The notes under the pieces were generated by a model, which worked only from the letters and a program-made list of their open reading frames with translations, had not been told where the DNA came from and did not search any database. The translations under genes were made by a program, and so were the position numbers. A stretch of DNA of 40,806 bases. Source: a virus (lineage: Duplodnaviria > Caudoviricetes). Where the stretch lies: positions 1 through 40,806 of IMG/VR virus record IMGVR_UViG_3300010052_000171; one strand, given 5' to 3'. Shown in pieces: positions 17,858 to 27,789 of this stretch. Within the stretch, counting starts at the first letter, position 1. Each line of letters starts with the position of its first letter.

Positions 17858-20410
17858 CTAGCCGCGCAGCCTAACTACGCCATTGAGGTTCTCCGCCCGC
17901 TTCGTTGCTGCATCGACATCCAGCACGCCATTGGTGACGCCGAACTCGCCGGCGGGCAGCGTTCCGGTCTGCAGCACGCCACCGCTGAGCCATTGCGTGA
18001 ACCAGCTCGCCGCGATCAGGCGATGGCGGACGATATCGTCGTCGGCATTGTCGGGCATGTCGAAGATCGACATGCCGGCGATATCGCTGGCGCCATCCGC
18101 CAGGACCAGGGTGCGCACGCCGGCGACCATGCGTTCGTCGAGCAGGCGCTTGGCCGGAATTAGCAGGCCCGAGCGGTTGCGGGTCATCATCGTGTGGCCG
18201 ATGCCGGTCGGGTAGAGGTGGTCCGACAGCCGCACCAGGCGCACCGGGTTCGCCGGGCAGGCCGCGTTGATCTCGGCGATGATGGTGGCGGCGCCGACGC
18301 CGCGCAGATCGGTCGTGGCAGTGTAGGTCTGCGCCCCGATCTGCAGCGACTTGTTGACGGTCGAGCAGTCGCCGATGTTCTTGCCCAGCGAGTAGTTCGA
18401 CCCGTCGAGGTTGAGCACCCAGCCGAAGCCGTGACGATCCAGCTCGCCAAACACAGCCTCGGCCAACGCGCCGTCGATCGACACGCCGGGCGTGGTGGCG
18501 AGGACGTACATGCCCGGATCGCTGAAGGTGACTGCGCCGCTGACATCGCCGACGATGTCCCAGGGGACGCGCTGGATGGCGCGGCGCGGCATGCCGGCAT
18601 AGCCGTCCACCATGGTCGAGCCGACGGAGATCATATGAATCTTGCTGTCGCGGACGAGGCAGGTGTTGCGGACATCGCCGCCGAACGAGCCGAGCAGCGC
18701 GATCGCCGAGCCGCTGATCTGGTTGCAGGTCACCGTATCGAGCTCGAGCGTCGCCGCCGCGTCGGGGTTGGGCGAGTTGTGCGCCAGGATGAACGCCGCC
18801 GTCGTCGTGTCATTCTCACGGATGCACTCCATCGCCCTGAACCGGATATGCTGGCGCGGTGAGATGCCGATGCCGAAGAAGGGCACGGTATGGAGCGGCC
18901 CAGCGATGCATCGCAGGTCGTAATAGTGGTTGCGTGTCGCGTGCGGCGAACCGCCGGCGCGATCGATGTGGACGCCATATTGATTGGCGTTGTCCTGGCG
19001 CAGCGTGGCGCGGCCAACGCCTCCGCTGAAGGTGTTCTCCAGGATCCGTTTGTTGCTGCCCGCAGGCTCATGGAAGACGGTATCGAGACCGTTTCCTTCG
19101 ATGGTCTGGTAGTCGACCATCACCAGGCCGCCCAGTGCTTCCTTATGGTTCTTCGCGGTCACGCGCGTCACGACCTGGCGCGAGAAGTTGCAGAGGTGCG
19201 ACGGCGCGAAATTGTAGAGGATGGAGGCGAGCGGCTCCGAATAGAGCGTATGTGTCGCCGCGACGATGCCGGCATGCGCCTTGCCAGCGCCGGCCTCGAG
19301 CACATCAGCCGGATCGGGACGATCGAGGAAGACGTCCATGTCCTCGGGCGACAGGCAATTGCGTTCGTCGATCCCGGTCTGTGACAGCAAGGTGTAGTTG
19401 TTGACGGCGGTGCCCCAAGCGACCTTTGGCCAGTTGACCCCGGCGGTGACCTCCTCCGGATGCGAACCGGGCAGCGATCCCTTGGTCATATGGATGGCGG
19501 GCGGGAGGGCGTTGAGGTCGATCGTCCCCGGCGCCACGACGTAGAAGCCGCCCTCGGCGATATCGGCGCCGATCGTCGCATTGCGGACGACAAAGCTGAT
19601 GCGGTCGAAGCCGGGGAAGCGCACCGTTTCGATCTTGCTGATCAGGTACTTGTGCCCCGGGCGGCGTTCTTCGACGCGGATCCAGTCGAACAGGTCGCGC
19701 GGATAGGCGGTGCGCACCGAGGACATGAAGACGCCGGCCTGACGGTCCGCCTCGGCGGTAAGTGCGGCCTCCACCTGGCGAGCGACGTCGGCCTTGTTGG
19801 CGGTACTGCGGCGCAGCGGCCCCTTTTTGAGGCCGCCAACCGCATAGGGGAAGGTGGTGTTGAAGTAGCCGCCAATTGCGGTGCCGTTCGGGTTCAATCT
19901 GACCGGGACGTAGCCGATGATGGCGCCCGTCGCAGGATTGGCGAGCGGAATCTCCGAGGGTTCGGGCGCGACGAGCGGGGCGACGTTGAGATAAGTGTTG
20001 TTGCCCTTCTCAATCGCGAAGACCGACTGGAGGACCCCCGCCGCATACGAACCGAAACGACAGCGCAAGCGCTGCTCCGCGCCGGAGATATCGCTGCCCA
20101 GCTCATGCAAGCCAATTTCATCGGGCAGAACGACGGGATTGCCGAGGGAATCGACCTCGAGGAACACGGGCTGACCCAGGCGCGCCGGCGCGGTGCCGGC
20201 GGCGGGCGGATTGATGAAGGGGCCAAGGCTGGCTGCGGCCGCGAGGGCGTCGTTCGCGGCGGATTGCGCCAGTGCGATCGAAGGGGCGGCCGCGGCTGCG
20301 GCGATGCCTGACATGCGGGCACGCTTTACCTCGCCATCCTCGTCGAGGATGACGACCCATTCGTTGCCGTCCGGATTTTCCTTGGGATCCTTGGCGGAGA
20401 TCTTTGCCAT
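17858..20410 (-). CDS. Putative tailspike / receptor-binding protein
   Basis: About 850 aa directly after the tail fibre gene; Gly/Asn/Thr-rich beta-type centre. Confidence 0.65.
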   Translation of the reverse strand: MAKISAKDPKENPDGNEWVVILDEDGEVKRARMSGIAAAAAAPSIALAQSAANDALAAAASLGPFINPPAAGTAPARLGQPVFLEVDSLGNPVVLPDEIGLHELGSDISGAEQRLRCRFGSYAAGVLQSVFAIEKGNNTYLNVAPLVAPEPSEIPLANPATGAIIGYVPVRLNPNGTAIGGYFNTTFPYAVGGLKKGPLRRSTANKADVARQVEAALTAEADRQAGVFMSSVRTAYPRDLFDWIRVEERRPGHKYLISKIETVRFPGFDRISFVVRNATIGADIAEGGFYVVAPGTIDLNALPPAIHMTKGSLPGSHPEEVTAGVNWPKVAWGTAVNNYTLLSQTGIDERNCLSPEDMDVFLDRPDPADVLEAGAGKAHAGIVAATHTLYSEPLASILYNFAPSHLCNFSRQVVTRVTAKNHKEALGGLVMVDYQTIEGNGLDTVFHEPAGSNKRILENTFSGGVGRATLRQDNANQYGVHIDRAGGSPHATRNHYYDLRCIAGPLHTVPFFGIGISPRQHIRFRAMECIRENDTTTAAFILAHNSPNPDAAATLELDTVTCNQISGSAIALLGSFGGDVRNTCLVRDSKIHMISVGSTMVDGYAGMPRRAIQRVPWDIVGDVSGAVTFSDPGMYVLATTPGVSIDGALAEAVFGELDRHGFGWVLNLDGSNYSLGKNIGDCSTVNKSLQIGAQTYTATTDLRGVGAATIIAEINAACPANPVRLVRLSDHLYPTGIGHTMMTRNRSGLLIPAKRLLDERMVAGVRTLVLADGASDIAGMSIFDMPDNADDDIVRHRLIAASWFTQWLSGGVLQTGTLPAGEFGVTNGVLDVDAATKRAENLNGVVRLRG

Positions 20411-20420
20411 CGGTCGATCC

Positions 20421-21464
20421 TCAGATGCGCATGATGAAGTGGAGGGCCAGCGAAGGCTGGGTGACATCGATCGTGATCGCGTGGACGTGGGCGCCGCCGG
20501 GTTCGACCGTCACTTTGTTCTCGCTGGCCGCACCCGTCGGCCCGTTGATCGCCAGGGTGAATTCCTTGATCGTCTTGTCCGTGCCGCCGCCGGCGGTCTC
20601 GGTCTTGTAGGTCGTGCCGAGGGTCAGCGATGGTCCGTTCGCGGTGGTCGCACCGTTGGCAGCGAAGTTGTGGGTGTGCGCGTCGGCCGTTGCGTTGTGG
20701 GTGTGCTCACCGCCGTTCGCGGTGTTGACCGTCTTGCTGAACGCGCCGGTCGCGGTGCCCTGGGCGTGGACGCCGCCGGCGCCGATCACTGTGCGGTCGC
20801 GCAGATCCGGCGTGACGATATCGCCGGCGCCGTCGCTACGGGCGACGGTCTGCCCGTTGCAGATCGCCCAGCCATCGGGGACCGTCTCGGCCGAGCCGTA
20901 CCACATGCTGATGAAGCCGATGCCGATCACGGCGGCGAGCGCCTCGCGCAGCGCGGCGGGGGTGACGGCGCGCTGCTCATCTTCACCCGCGACCGCTTCC
21001 GCTGGCGTCGCTAGCTCGACGACGCCCGCCCGAGTGGTGGTCGCGGGGGGATTGAGGAAGTTGGTGTCGCCGAAGGTGATCGAGCTGACGTCGCCGGTCG
21101 GGAACGCCATGTCGACGGCGAGGAGCATGGTTGCCGCCGCCGCCTTTTCGAACAGCGGCTCGGCCTGGCCATAGACGGCGAACAGCGTGCCATCCTGAAG
21201 AAACAGCCCGAAGCCGCGCACGGCGTAGCTGAGCGGTGCCGGATCGCGCACGATCATATGGACGATATTGTCGCCCACCGCTTCGCCCGAGACCGTCTCG
21301 ACCGAACGGAACTGACCGGGGAGCGCGGTCAGGGTCGGTGCGGCGACGAAGGTCTGATCGGTCAGGCCGACGCTGGTGATGCCGAGATCGATGTCATCAT
21401 CGATCTGGGCGGCGGTGAAGCGGGCGAGGCCCGCCGTGGTGATGATGAGCGGGAGCGCGGTCAT
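20421..21464 (-). CDS. H: Tail fibre gpH-like protein with a collar domain
   Basis: FGLFLQDGTLFAVY, PPATTTRAGVVELAT, GWAICNGQ...TPDLRDR, QPSLALHFIMRI. Confidence 0.88.
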   Translation of the reverse strand: MTALPLIITTAGLARFTAAQIDDDIDLGITSVGLTDQTFVAAPTLTALPGQFRSVETVSGEAVGDNIVHMIVRDPAPLSYAVRGFGLFLQDGTLFAVYGQAEPLFEKAAAATMLLAVDMAFPTGDVSSITFGDTNFLNPPATTTRAGVVELATPAEAVAGEDEQRAVTPAALREALAAVIGIGFISMWYGSAETVPDGWAICNGQTVARSDGAGDIVTPDLRDRTVIGAGGVHAQGTATGAFSKTVNTANGGEHTHNATADAHTHNFAANGATTANGPSLTLGTTYKTETAGGGTDKTIKEFTLAINGPTGAASENKVTVEPGGAHVHAITIDVTQPSLALHFIMRI

Positions 21465-22120
21465 GGCGTTTCATCCAGGAAGCTGCCTGCATCGTCCTGT
21501 AGCGGTTCGCCGTTCTCGTCCTGGAGCAGGCTTTGCCAAGGCTGGCTTTCGTTGATCGTGATCTCCATCGGCGCGCGGACGAGCCCAGCGACACGCGAAG
21601 CGCCCTGGATCCCGACCGCCGCCTCGGCCGTGAGCTTCTGAACCAGGGTGAAGTGCTCGCGTAGCGGCTTGGTCCGCGCGACCTCCGCGATCAGTTGCTC
21701 GGCAAAGGCTGCGGTCGCTCGCCGCCCGCCGGGGGCCGAGCCGTCCGCAAGCACGAGCGGGAGGATGACATCGAAGGTGTGCGGGGTGCCCCGCGGTGCG
21801 GTCTCATGCCACTCGACGATTTGCAGCAGATTGTCGAACCGGGCCATCACCGCTTCGACCGATGCGCGCGTACCTTTGATGCGATGTTCGGCGATCGAGT
21901 TGGCGACGGCCGCGCGCTTGGTGGCGTCGGCCCATTCCGGGTCCCAACTATCGACCGACAGCGCCCAGGCTAGCCAAGGGAGCAGCGGCATCGGGCAGCT
22001 AGCCGGATCCCATAGTTCGGATAGGGGGAGAGGTACGTCGGAGACGCGGGCCGTCACCGCCGCGAGGCCACGCTCGAGCACAGTCGCGTTCGGGGGAAGC
22101 AGGTTCGACTCAGTCGTCAT
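21461..22120 (-). CDS. I: Tail protein gpI
   Basis: LLPPNAT.LE, LWDPASCP..LLPWLAWALSVDSWD. Confidence 0.93.
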   Translation of the reverse strand: MTTESNLLPPNATVLERGLAAVTARVSDVPLPLSELWDPASCPMPLLPWLAWALSVDSWDPEWADATKRAAVANSIAEHRIKGTRASVEAVMARFDNLLQIVEWHETAPRGTPHTFDVILPLVLADGSAPGGRRATAAFAEQLIAEVARTKPLREHFTLVQKLTAEAAVGIQGASRVAGLVRAPMEITINESQPWQSLLQDENGEPLQDDAGSFLDETP

Positions 22121-23018
22121 AGCCGCCGTGCGTGATGACGATGCCGGTGCACCAGGCGGCCTGAGTGAGATTACAGACGATGTCCGCCCAGCCGGGCAGC
22201 ACCACGCGCTGAACGCCGGGGACGGTCAGCGCGGCCTTGATGCTGGAATCGTTGATGTTGCGGCCGAGCTTGCGGTTCTCGGCGAGATAGGCGTCGAGGC
22301 GGTCGCGTGCGGCCTGCAGCACGACGGTGCGATCGGGGCCGGCAAAGGTGTAGACTGTGGCGGCGATCGCGAACTCGACGATCTCGGCCGATACGACCGT
22401 CACTAGGTCGCCCATCGGGCGGATGCGGTTGCCGGCGACGGGGGTCAGGACGGCTGCGACCGCGGCCAGTGTCGCTTCGGGAGCGGTCCCGTCCCCGGTA
22501 CGCGACAACAGGCTGACCCTGACCTCTCCGGGGGCGGGGGAGGTTGCGCTGGCATCGAGCACATCGGGGTGAGCGCTCTTCGCATGGAAGACATAGGCCA
22601 GCTCGGGACCGGCGCAGGAGAAGCTTTCTGCGGCGAGCACGATGCGCTGACGAAGGGAGTCGTCGTCCTCATAGGTCGGATCGACGCCGTTGCCGGGATC
22701 GCCCTGGTTGACGACCTGGCGGAACACACCGACGCGCAGCGCGATCTGATCGAGATCCGCGCCCATGGCATAGGCGAGCATCAGCGAGCGGGCACGATCG
22801 TTGAACTCGCCGCGCAGCAACAGTTCGCGATAGGCCCAGACCTCGAGCAGCTTCACGGCGGGATCCGCAGAGACGATCGCGTCCCAGCCGTCGATCAGGC
22901 TTTCCGCGAGTGCGAGATTTGCCGCATAGATGACGTCGTACGAAAGCTGCTCGATCACTGTCGGCGCCGGGAGGCGCGACAGATCTACGGCGGAGGAGCT
23001 GGCGGCGGTGTCGGACAT
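22110..23018 (-). CDS. J: Baseplate gpJ
   Basis: VDLSRLPAPTVIEQL, AGPELAYVFHA, ALTVPGVQRV. Confidence 0.93.
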   Translation of the reverse strand: MSDTAASSSAVDLSRLPAPTVIEQLSYDVIYAANLALAESLIDGWDAIVSADPAVKLLEVWAYRELLLRGEFNDRARSLMLAYAMGADLDQIALRVGVFRQVVNQGDPGNGVDPTYEDDDSLRQRIVLAAESFSCAGPELAYVFHAKSAHPDVLDASATSPAPGEVRVSLLSRTGDGTAPEATLAAVAAVLTPVAGNRIRPMGDLVTVVSAEIVEFAIAATVYTFAGPDRTVVLQAARDRLDAYLAENRKLGRNINDSSIKAALTVPGVQRVVLPGWADIVCNLTQAAWCTGIVITHGGYDD

Positions 23019-23065
23019 CGGCGCCATGTCGCGGCCCGGAGGGATGGGGGGCTAGGGCCGAAGCC

Positions 23066-23084
23066 TGTAGAGACTATCTCTACA
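23066..23084. promoter_or_regulatory. Late promoter activator site upstream of J
   Basis: TGTAGAGACTATCTCTACA. Confidence 0.8.
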
Positions 23085-23165
23085 AGCGACGCCGTCAGCA
23101 AATCGCAATTGATGCGAGGCTAGCCTTAGGGCAGTTCCTCAGATGGCGTCAGAAGAGGGGCGGAA

Positions 23166-24047
23166 GTGGCGGTCAACAAATCAGTCGAGATGCGACTTTC
23201 TGAGCGCTATCACGCGACTCGAAGAAACTACCTATTCTCCGTCACGCTCCTTCTCGTGCTCACTATCGCTGCACCGGCGAAGATTCACATTCCCGGATTT
23301 GGAGAGGAGGCGCAACTCGCGAGTGCCCTGGGCTTTGTCGGCCTATGGCTCGCAGCGTTGATGTTCGGTTACGACTTCTATGTCGAGCATGCGCTGTCCA
23401 AGATCCGCAACAGCGATGTGCTCGTTGCCGTTGAGGATGAGGATATCGTTCGTGGTCTACGTTCCCGGGTGGACGCTCTGGCCGGGCTAACACGTAGTCT
23501 TGAGAAACGCGCCAGCGAGTTGGATCGCGTGTTTATTGACTTGGACCGAGCTGGGGTAAGGGACGCCCAGCTTGAGATCGATAGAATCGTCGAGAAGCTT
23601 CGGCCTGCGTTGGATGAGCCTATGATGCTGCTAAAGACGATGGATCACCTCCCATTCGACTCTAATGTATTTGGAAGCAAATCAGCATTCGCGGCATACG
23701 TGAAGCAATTTGAGAAGCCGTTTGAAGAAATACTGAAACGGAATCTGGCTGGGCCATATAATGAAGTGATGCGGCAACGAACCCATGACCAAACAATTCT
23801 TCAGCAAGCGATGACAAAGATTGCAGCCGACATCCCTGCCTTGAAGCAAGCTATAGAGGAGGACGGGGGTCAACTCGATAGACTTACTAGCGAGTTCCGA
23901 AGAGTCGGATCAGCGGTTCACAGAACGCAACGGATCGCGTTCAAGTTTAAGGACACCTGGCTGTCTTGGCTTCTGTTCGGTGGGGTCACGGTAGCGATGC
24001 TCTGGCGAGTAGTGCCGCAGGTCCCGTGGGGAAGCGTTCAGTTCTAG
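23166..24047 (+). CDS. Moron, membrane protein (2 TM, coiled coil, 1 TM)
   Basis: Hydrophobic segments at both ends, AT-richer DNA, antisense to the late genes. Confidence 0.78.
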   Translation: MAVNKSVEMRLSERYHATRRNYLFSVTLLLVLTIAAPAKIHIPGFGEEAQLASALGFVGLWLAALMFGYDFYVEHALSKIRNSDVLVAVEDEDIVRGLRSRVDALAGLTRSLEKRASELDRVFIDLDRAGVRDAQLEIDRIVEKLRPALDEPMMLLKTMDHLPFDSNVFGSKSAFAAYVKQFEKPFEEILKRNLAGPYNEVMRQRTHDQTILQQAMTKIAADIPALKQAIEEDGGQLDRLTSEFRRVGSAVHRTQRIAFKFKDTWLSWLLFGGVTVAMLWRVVPQVPWGSVQF

Positions 24048-24716
24048 TCAGCCGGTGCCCATTGTGACGTGATCTAGCAGTGCTGTGATTAGCACCTCCC
24101 TTTCAATTTCTGAGAGCCCAATCAGCTCGCGCTTCGCGTAGCGCACTGCGCGCGCCCGCGGTGACGGACGATCGCTGCGTCCCTCCTGATGCACCCGCGC
24201 AATTTCGGCCGCGCGGCCGCTGAAGCCGATCCATGCTTCATTCTCGGTCGCGCCGCTGCGCAGGAAGCGGCCGCCGCGCAGTTTGCGGAACATGGCGCGC
24301 TGGCGAATCGATCCGCGCCGGCGAAGTCGTCCCTTGGATCCGGCTAGGTCTGACGTCGGAAGCCATTTAGCGACCTTGTCCCAGAAGAAGCTGCGGATCG
24401 CGCCGGCCTCCTGGTCGAAACCGGTGATCAATGGCCCCTGGCGGACCCAACTCGCCATGGTGACCAGGCGCGGCTCGGTCGCGCCCTTGGGATAGAGGAA
24501 GCGAAGGGGATAGGCACCAGGCGCCGCGGCCTGCTTTTCCCTGCGGGGCGCGAAGCTGGAGCCGTCGGGCGCGAGCTGGCGGGCGATGCGATCGCGTTGC
24601 GAGGCGGCGATGGTGCGCGCGACATTGCGGAGCAGGCCGCGGCGCTCGCCGGCCGACAGGCCACGCAGCATGGCGCCGCATAGCTCTTCGATCCGCTCGA
24701 GGCCGTTCTCCGGCAT
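24048..24716 (-). CDS. S: Virion morphogenesis gpS
   Basis: RIARQLAPDGSSFAPR...AMFRKL...IARVHQEG...YAKRELIG. Confidence 0.9.
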   Translation of the reverse strand: MPENGLERIEELCGAMLRGLSAGERRGLLRNVARTIAASQRDRIARQLAPDGSSFAPRREKQAAAPGAYPLRFLYPKGATEPRLVTMASWVRQGPLITGFDQEAGAIRSFFWDKVAKWLPTSDLAGSKGRLRRRGSIRQRAMFRKLRGGRFLRSGATENEAWIGFSGRAAEIARVHQEGRSDRPSPRARAVRYAKRELIGLSEIEREVLITALLDHVTMGTG

Positions 24717-25186
24717 CAGACCGAAGGGTCCGGGTCGATCAGGATCTGTTGAAGCGCTGCGCCGGCGGCGTCGAACGCGGGCGCCGGATAGCCATCGCCA
24801 AGGTGGGTGGCAGCGAACTTGCCATGCGCTTCGCTCCATTCGACCAGGACGCGTTCCGACAGCTCAAGGTAGATCGATACGTCCGCCGAAGCGGCGTCGA
24901 GGATTTCGGACTCATAGGTGAGCGGTTCATGGGGCGCGCGCTCGAGCAATTCGGGTTCTTCCCGCTGGATCCAGAACAGTATGGGCAGGATCAACGCGTC
25001 GACGTCGCCGGCGTAATCCTGCACGACCAGGTTCAGCGTGTAGCGATATTGGAAGGAGAGCGAGCCGGTCGCCCGCGACACCACCTTGCCCTTGTCGATG
25101 AACATCGAGAGCAGGTCCGGGTTTTCCTGCAAGGCGGGCACCTTGGCCAGGAGCAGGCTACGCAGCGAGTTCGGCTTGTGGAGCAC
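24716..25186 (-). CDS. R: Tail completion gpR
   Basis: KPNSLR...NPDLLSMFIDKG...SFQYRYTLNL. Confidence 0.92.
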   Translation of the reverse strand: MLHKPNSLRSLLLAKVPALQENPDLLSMFIDKGKVVSRATGSLSFQYRYTLNLVVQDYAGDVDALILPILFWIQREEPELLERAPHEPLTYESEILDAASADVSIYLELSERVLVEWSEAHGKFAATHLGDGYPAPAFDAAGAALQQILIDPDPSV

Positions 25187-25188
25187 GC

Positions 25189-25518
25189 CTAATCCTTCGG
25201 CGTCGCTGCCGGCGTCGGGCAGGTGCCGGGCGCGATCCAGTTGACCAGGCGAAGGTTGCGATCGAACAGGTCACGATAGCGGAGCGCCAACCCCTTAAGC
25301 GGCGCGCGCACGGCATCGGGGATTGTTGCCGCGACATTGGTCGGGAACGCCGCCGCCGGGGTAGGGCAGATGAGCAGATCCGCCGGCGGCGTTTCCTTCA
25401 CCGCCACCGCGACGATCTGGGGCGCGGCGCGCTCGACGGTGCTAGCGCAACCCGCCAAGGTCGTTGATGCCAGCAAACCAATCGCCATCAACGCGATCAT
25501 CCTGACCGATCCGATCAT
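25189..25518 (-). CDS. o-spanin (Rz1-like lipoprotein)
   Basis: Signal peptide with lipobox LAGC, Pro-rich PPADLLICP, overlaps the 3' end of the i-spanin gene. Confidence 0.8.
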   Translation of the reverse strand: MIGSVRMIALMAIGLLASTTLAGCASTVERAAPQIVAVAVKETPPADLLICPTPAAAFPTNVAATIPDAVRAPLKGLALRYRDLFDRNLRLVNWIAPGTCPTPAATPKD

Positions 25519-25948
25519 CGAGCTTCTCCATTTTCGTGGTGGCGCGCGCGCGATCCGTCGCGTTGCGGGAGGCGGTGGCGACATCGGCCGCCGCCTTCGC
25601 GTCGCGCTCAGCCTGCGCCTTGGCGAGCAGGTCGGCGGTTCTCGCGTTGGTCTGAGCCTTGAAGGCCGCGAGATCCTGCACCGCCTCAATGCAGATTTGG
25701 CCGCGCGCCTTCTTGACGCGGCGCTTGCCCTTGTCGGTCGATACCTCGACCGTGGTGGCGTCGGGGGACGTGCCGGTGAAGGCGCAAAGCTGGGTGCCCC
25801 ATGCCGCCCAGGCGTCACGATCGGCGCGGGCGCGGCGTGCGTCGGCATAGAACCAGCCCGCCACCGCCGTGAGCGCCAGGAGGACGTACCAGCTCGTGCC
25901 GAGAATGCCGTGCAGCGCCCTGGCGCCGCCGGTGAGCAGCTTGATCAT
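25442..25948 (-). CDS. i-spanin (Rz-like)
   Basis: N-terminal TM plus Ala-rich helical region, directly after the endolysin. Confidence 0.75.
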   Translation of the reverse strand: MIKLLTGGARALHGILGTSWYVLLALTAVAGWFYADARRARADRDAWAAWGTQLCAFTGTSPDATTVEVSTDKGKRRVKKARGQICIEAVQDLAAFKAQTNARTADLLAKAQAERDAKAAADVATASRNATDRARATTKMEKLDDRIGQDDRVDGDWFAGINDLGGLR

Positions 25949-26403
25949 AGCCCCTCCTCCTTGAGCCAGGCGGCGACGTCGAAGGACGGGCAGGCCTTCA
26001 GCCACTCATGCGGCTCGACCTGTCCGTCGCCGTCGCGATCGGGCGACAGGTCGCGATGACCGCAGATCCGCGCGTTCGGGTAGCGGACCTTTAGCTCGAG
26101 GATCAGCGCCCGAAGCGCGGCGCGCTGTTCGGGCGTGCGCGTGTCCGTGGCATTGCCCTTCGCATTGACGCCGCCAGCGTAGCAGATCCCGATCGAATTG
26201 GCGTTGTGGCCCTGGACGTGCGAGCCGACCTCGTCTTCGGCGCGGCCAACCTCCCGCGTGCCATCGAGCCGCAGGAAATAGTGATAGCCGATCTTCCGGA
26301 ATCCGCGCTGGCGGTGCATCCGATCGATATCGGCGGCGGTAACGTCGCGGCCCTCGGGCGTCGCCGCGCAATGGATGACGATCAGGTCGATGCGGCGCAT
26401 CAC
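25945..26403 (-). CDS. Endolysin, N-acetylmuramoyl-L-alanine amidase (T7 lysozyme-like)
   Basis: IVIHCAAT, IGYHY, NSIGICYAGG, GHRD, KACPSFDV. Confidence 0.95.
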   Translation of the reverse strand: MMRRIDLIVIHCAATPEGRDVTAADIDRMHRQRGFRKIGYHYFLRLDGTREVGRAEDEVGSHVQGHNANSIGICYAGGVNAKGNATDTRTPEQRAALRALILELKVRYPNARICGHRDLSPDRDGDGQVEPHEWLKACPSFDVAAWLKEEGL

Positions 26404-26759
26404 TTGCCTCCCTTGCCGATGAAGCGGTCGCGGATCAGCGCAGGCAGTCCGCCGATGACGTCGGACAATCCGGTGATGAAGCGAGGGGTGGCCTCAAATG
26501 CGATCATGCCGAAGGTGAAGGCGATCGCCTGAAGTACGAATGGATCGGCCAGCCCATTGAACCAAAGCGGCCAGAGCGCGCCGATCGCGCGGGTGGCGAA
26601 CCAGCTCACCACGATCCCGACGGCGAGCTGCACGAAGCGCTCGCGCCAGGTGAGACCCTGTTTCCAGGCCATGCCGACCGCGGCGCCGATCGCGCCGGGG
26701 GCAAGGCCCGAGAGGAGCGTCAGGAGCGCCTCGACCACGGCATGAAGCTTGTTTTCCAT
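26400..26759 (-). CDS. Holin
   Basis: About three TM segments and a basic C-terminus; directly upstream of the endolysin. Confidence 0.8.
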   Translation of the reverse strand: MENKLHAVVEALLTLLSGLAPGAIGAAVGMAWKQGLTWRERFVQLAVGIVVSWFATRAIGALWPLWFNGLADPFVLQAIAFTFGMIAFEATPRFITGLSDVIGGLPALIRDRFIGKGGK

Positions 26760-26760
26760 A

Positions 26761-26976
26761 TCAACTCCAGAGTTGGACGACGTCGCGGGTGACGGGCGCG
26801 GTGGCCGCGACAGGCGGCACCTCGATCGGGGTTCCGGTCGGGAGCACGGCGCCAAGGCCGGCGACGCCGCGGTTCGCGGCAAGGACGGCGGGCAGCGCGG
26901 TGTGGCCCAACCGGCGTTCGCGCCAGAGCAGGCCGTCGAGAGTGTCGCCTTGGCGAGCATGGATGACGTCCGCCAT
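26761..26976 (-). CDS. X: Tail protein gpX
   Basis: ARQGDTLDGLLWR...VLAANRG...VQLW. Confidence 0.9.
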   Translation of the reverse strand: MADVIHARQGDTLDGLLWRERRLGHTALPAVLAANRGVAGLGAVLPTGTPIEVPPVAATAPVTRDVVQLWS

Positions 26977-27455
26977 CAGATCAGGTCCACGACGGTGCGG
27001 CCTTCGCCGCGCAGATCGCGCACGGCGTGGATCATGTCGCGCCGCAGTTCGCCGATCGCCGGATCAAGTTCGTCGACCTGGCGCTGTCCCGCCCCGGTCA
27101 GGTCCGTGTCGCGATAGCGTTCGACCAGCTCCACCTTCGCGGCCGCCGCGATTGCGGTGAGATAGAGCAGCACGAGCTGGCTCTGCCCGTCGATCTGGTC
27201 GGCGGGCACATTGGCGAGCGCGACGTAACCGCCGGCGACATGGGCCGACTTCCACGCGGTGAGCTGGCGGTTCACGGTGATGATCGCGCGCACGATGGCG
27301 CCGCGCAGCCGCTCCGGGGTCACGGCTTCCCGAACCTTGATCTCCTTGCGGATCTCCGCGGTTTCGACATCGGGATACCAGCCATCGTTGGTGATCGGCG
27401 TTTCTGGTGCCGGCGCGACGGGCGGGGTCGGCGTGCTGTCGAAGACGAAGCTCAT
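26976..27455 (-). CDS. L: Head completion gpL
   Basis: ITNDGWYPD...ERYRDTDLT...RTVVDLI. Confidence 0.9.
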   Translation of the reverse strand: MSFVFDSTPTPPVAPAPETPITNDGWYPDVETAEIRKEIKVREAVTPERLRGAIVRAIITVNRQLTAWKSAHVAGGYVALANVPADQIDGQSQLVLLYLTAIAAAAKVELVERYRDTDLTGAGQRQVDELDPAIGELRRDMIHAVRDLRGEGRTVVDLI

Positions 27456-27679
27456 TGCATGACCGCCCAGCCAATGACGCAGGCGGTGGCAAAGTAGAGC
27501 GTGAACCCGATCGTCAGGGTGCCAATCGAAAGGCCGAGCCAATGCCAGGCGGGACGATCGAACATATTGCCACCGAGCCTGGGCGCGGTCACGAAGGTGC
27601 CGGCGATACCGAGCGCCACCAGCAACAGGCTTGCCAGCATCACCAGCGCGCCGACGAGACTGATAATCAGAGCGAGCAT
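27452..27679 (-). CDS. Small 2-TM membrane protein between M and L
   Basis: Very hydrophobic 75-aa ORF whose stop overlaps the L start (ATGA). Confidence 0.65.
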   Translation of the reverse strand: MLALIISLVGALVMLASLLLVALGIAGTFVTAPRLGGNMFDRPAWHWLGLSIGTLTIGFTLYFATACVIGWAVMQ

Positions 27680-27789
27680 GGCAATCCTCAGGAGAGTTTC
27701 GGGGGTGGGGATCGGGTCACTGGCGGCCCTCAGGCACGAGGCCCCTCCCGCCATGCGCGATCCGCCCCCGACGCCGGGGGGCGAGCGGG

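Noticed and set aside
17858-21464. Diversity-generating retroelement or invertible tail-fibre cassette
   Set aside because: No reverse transcriptase, no invertase, and no template/variable repeat pair noticed
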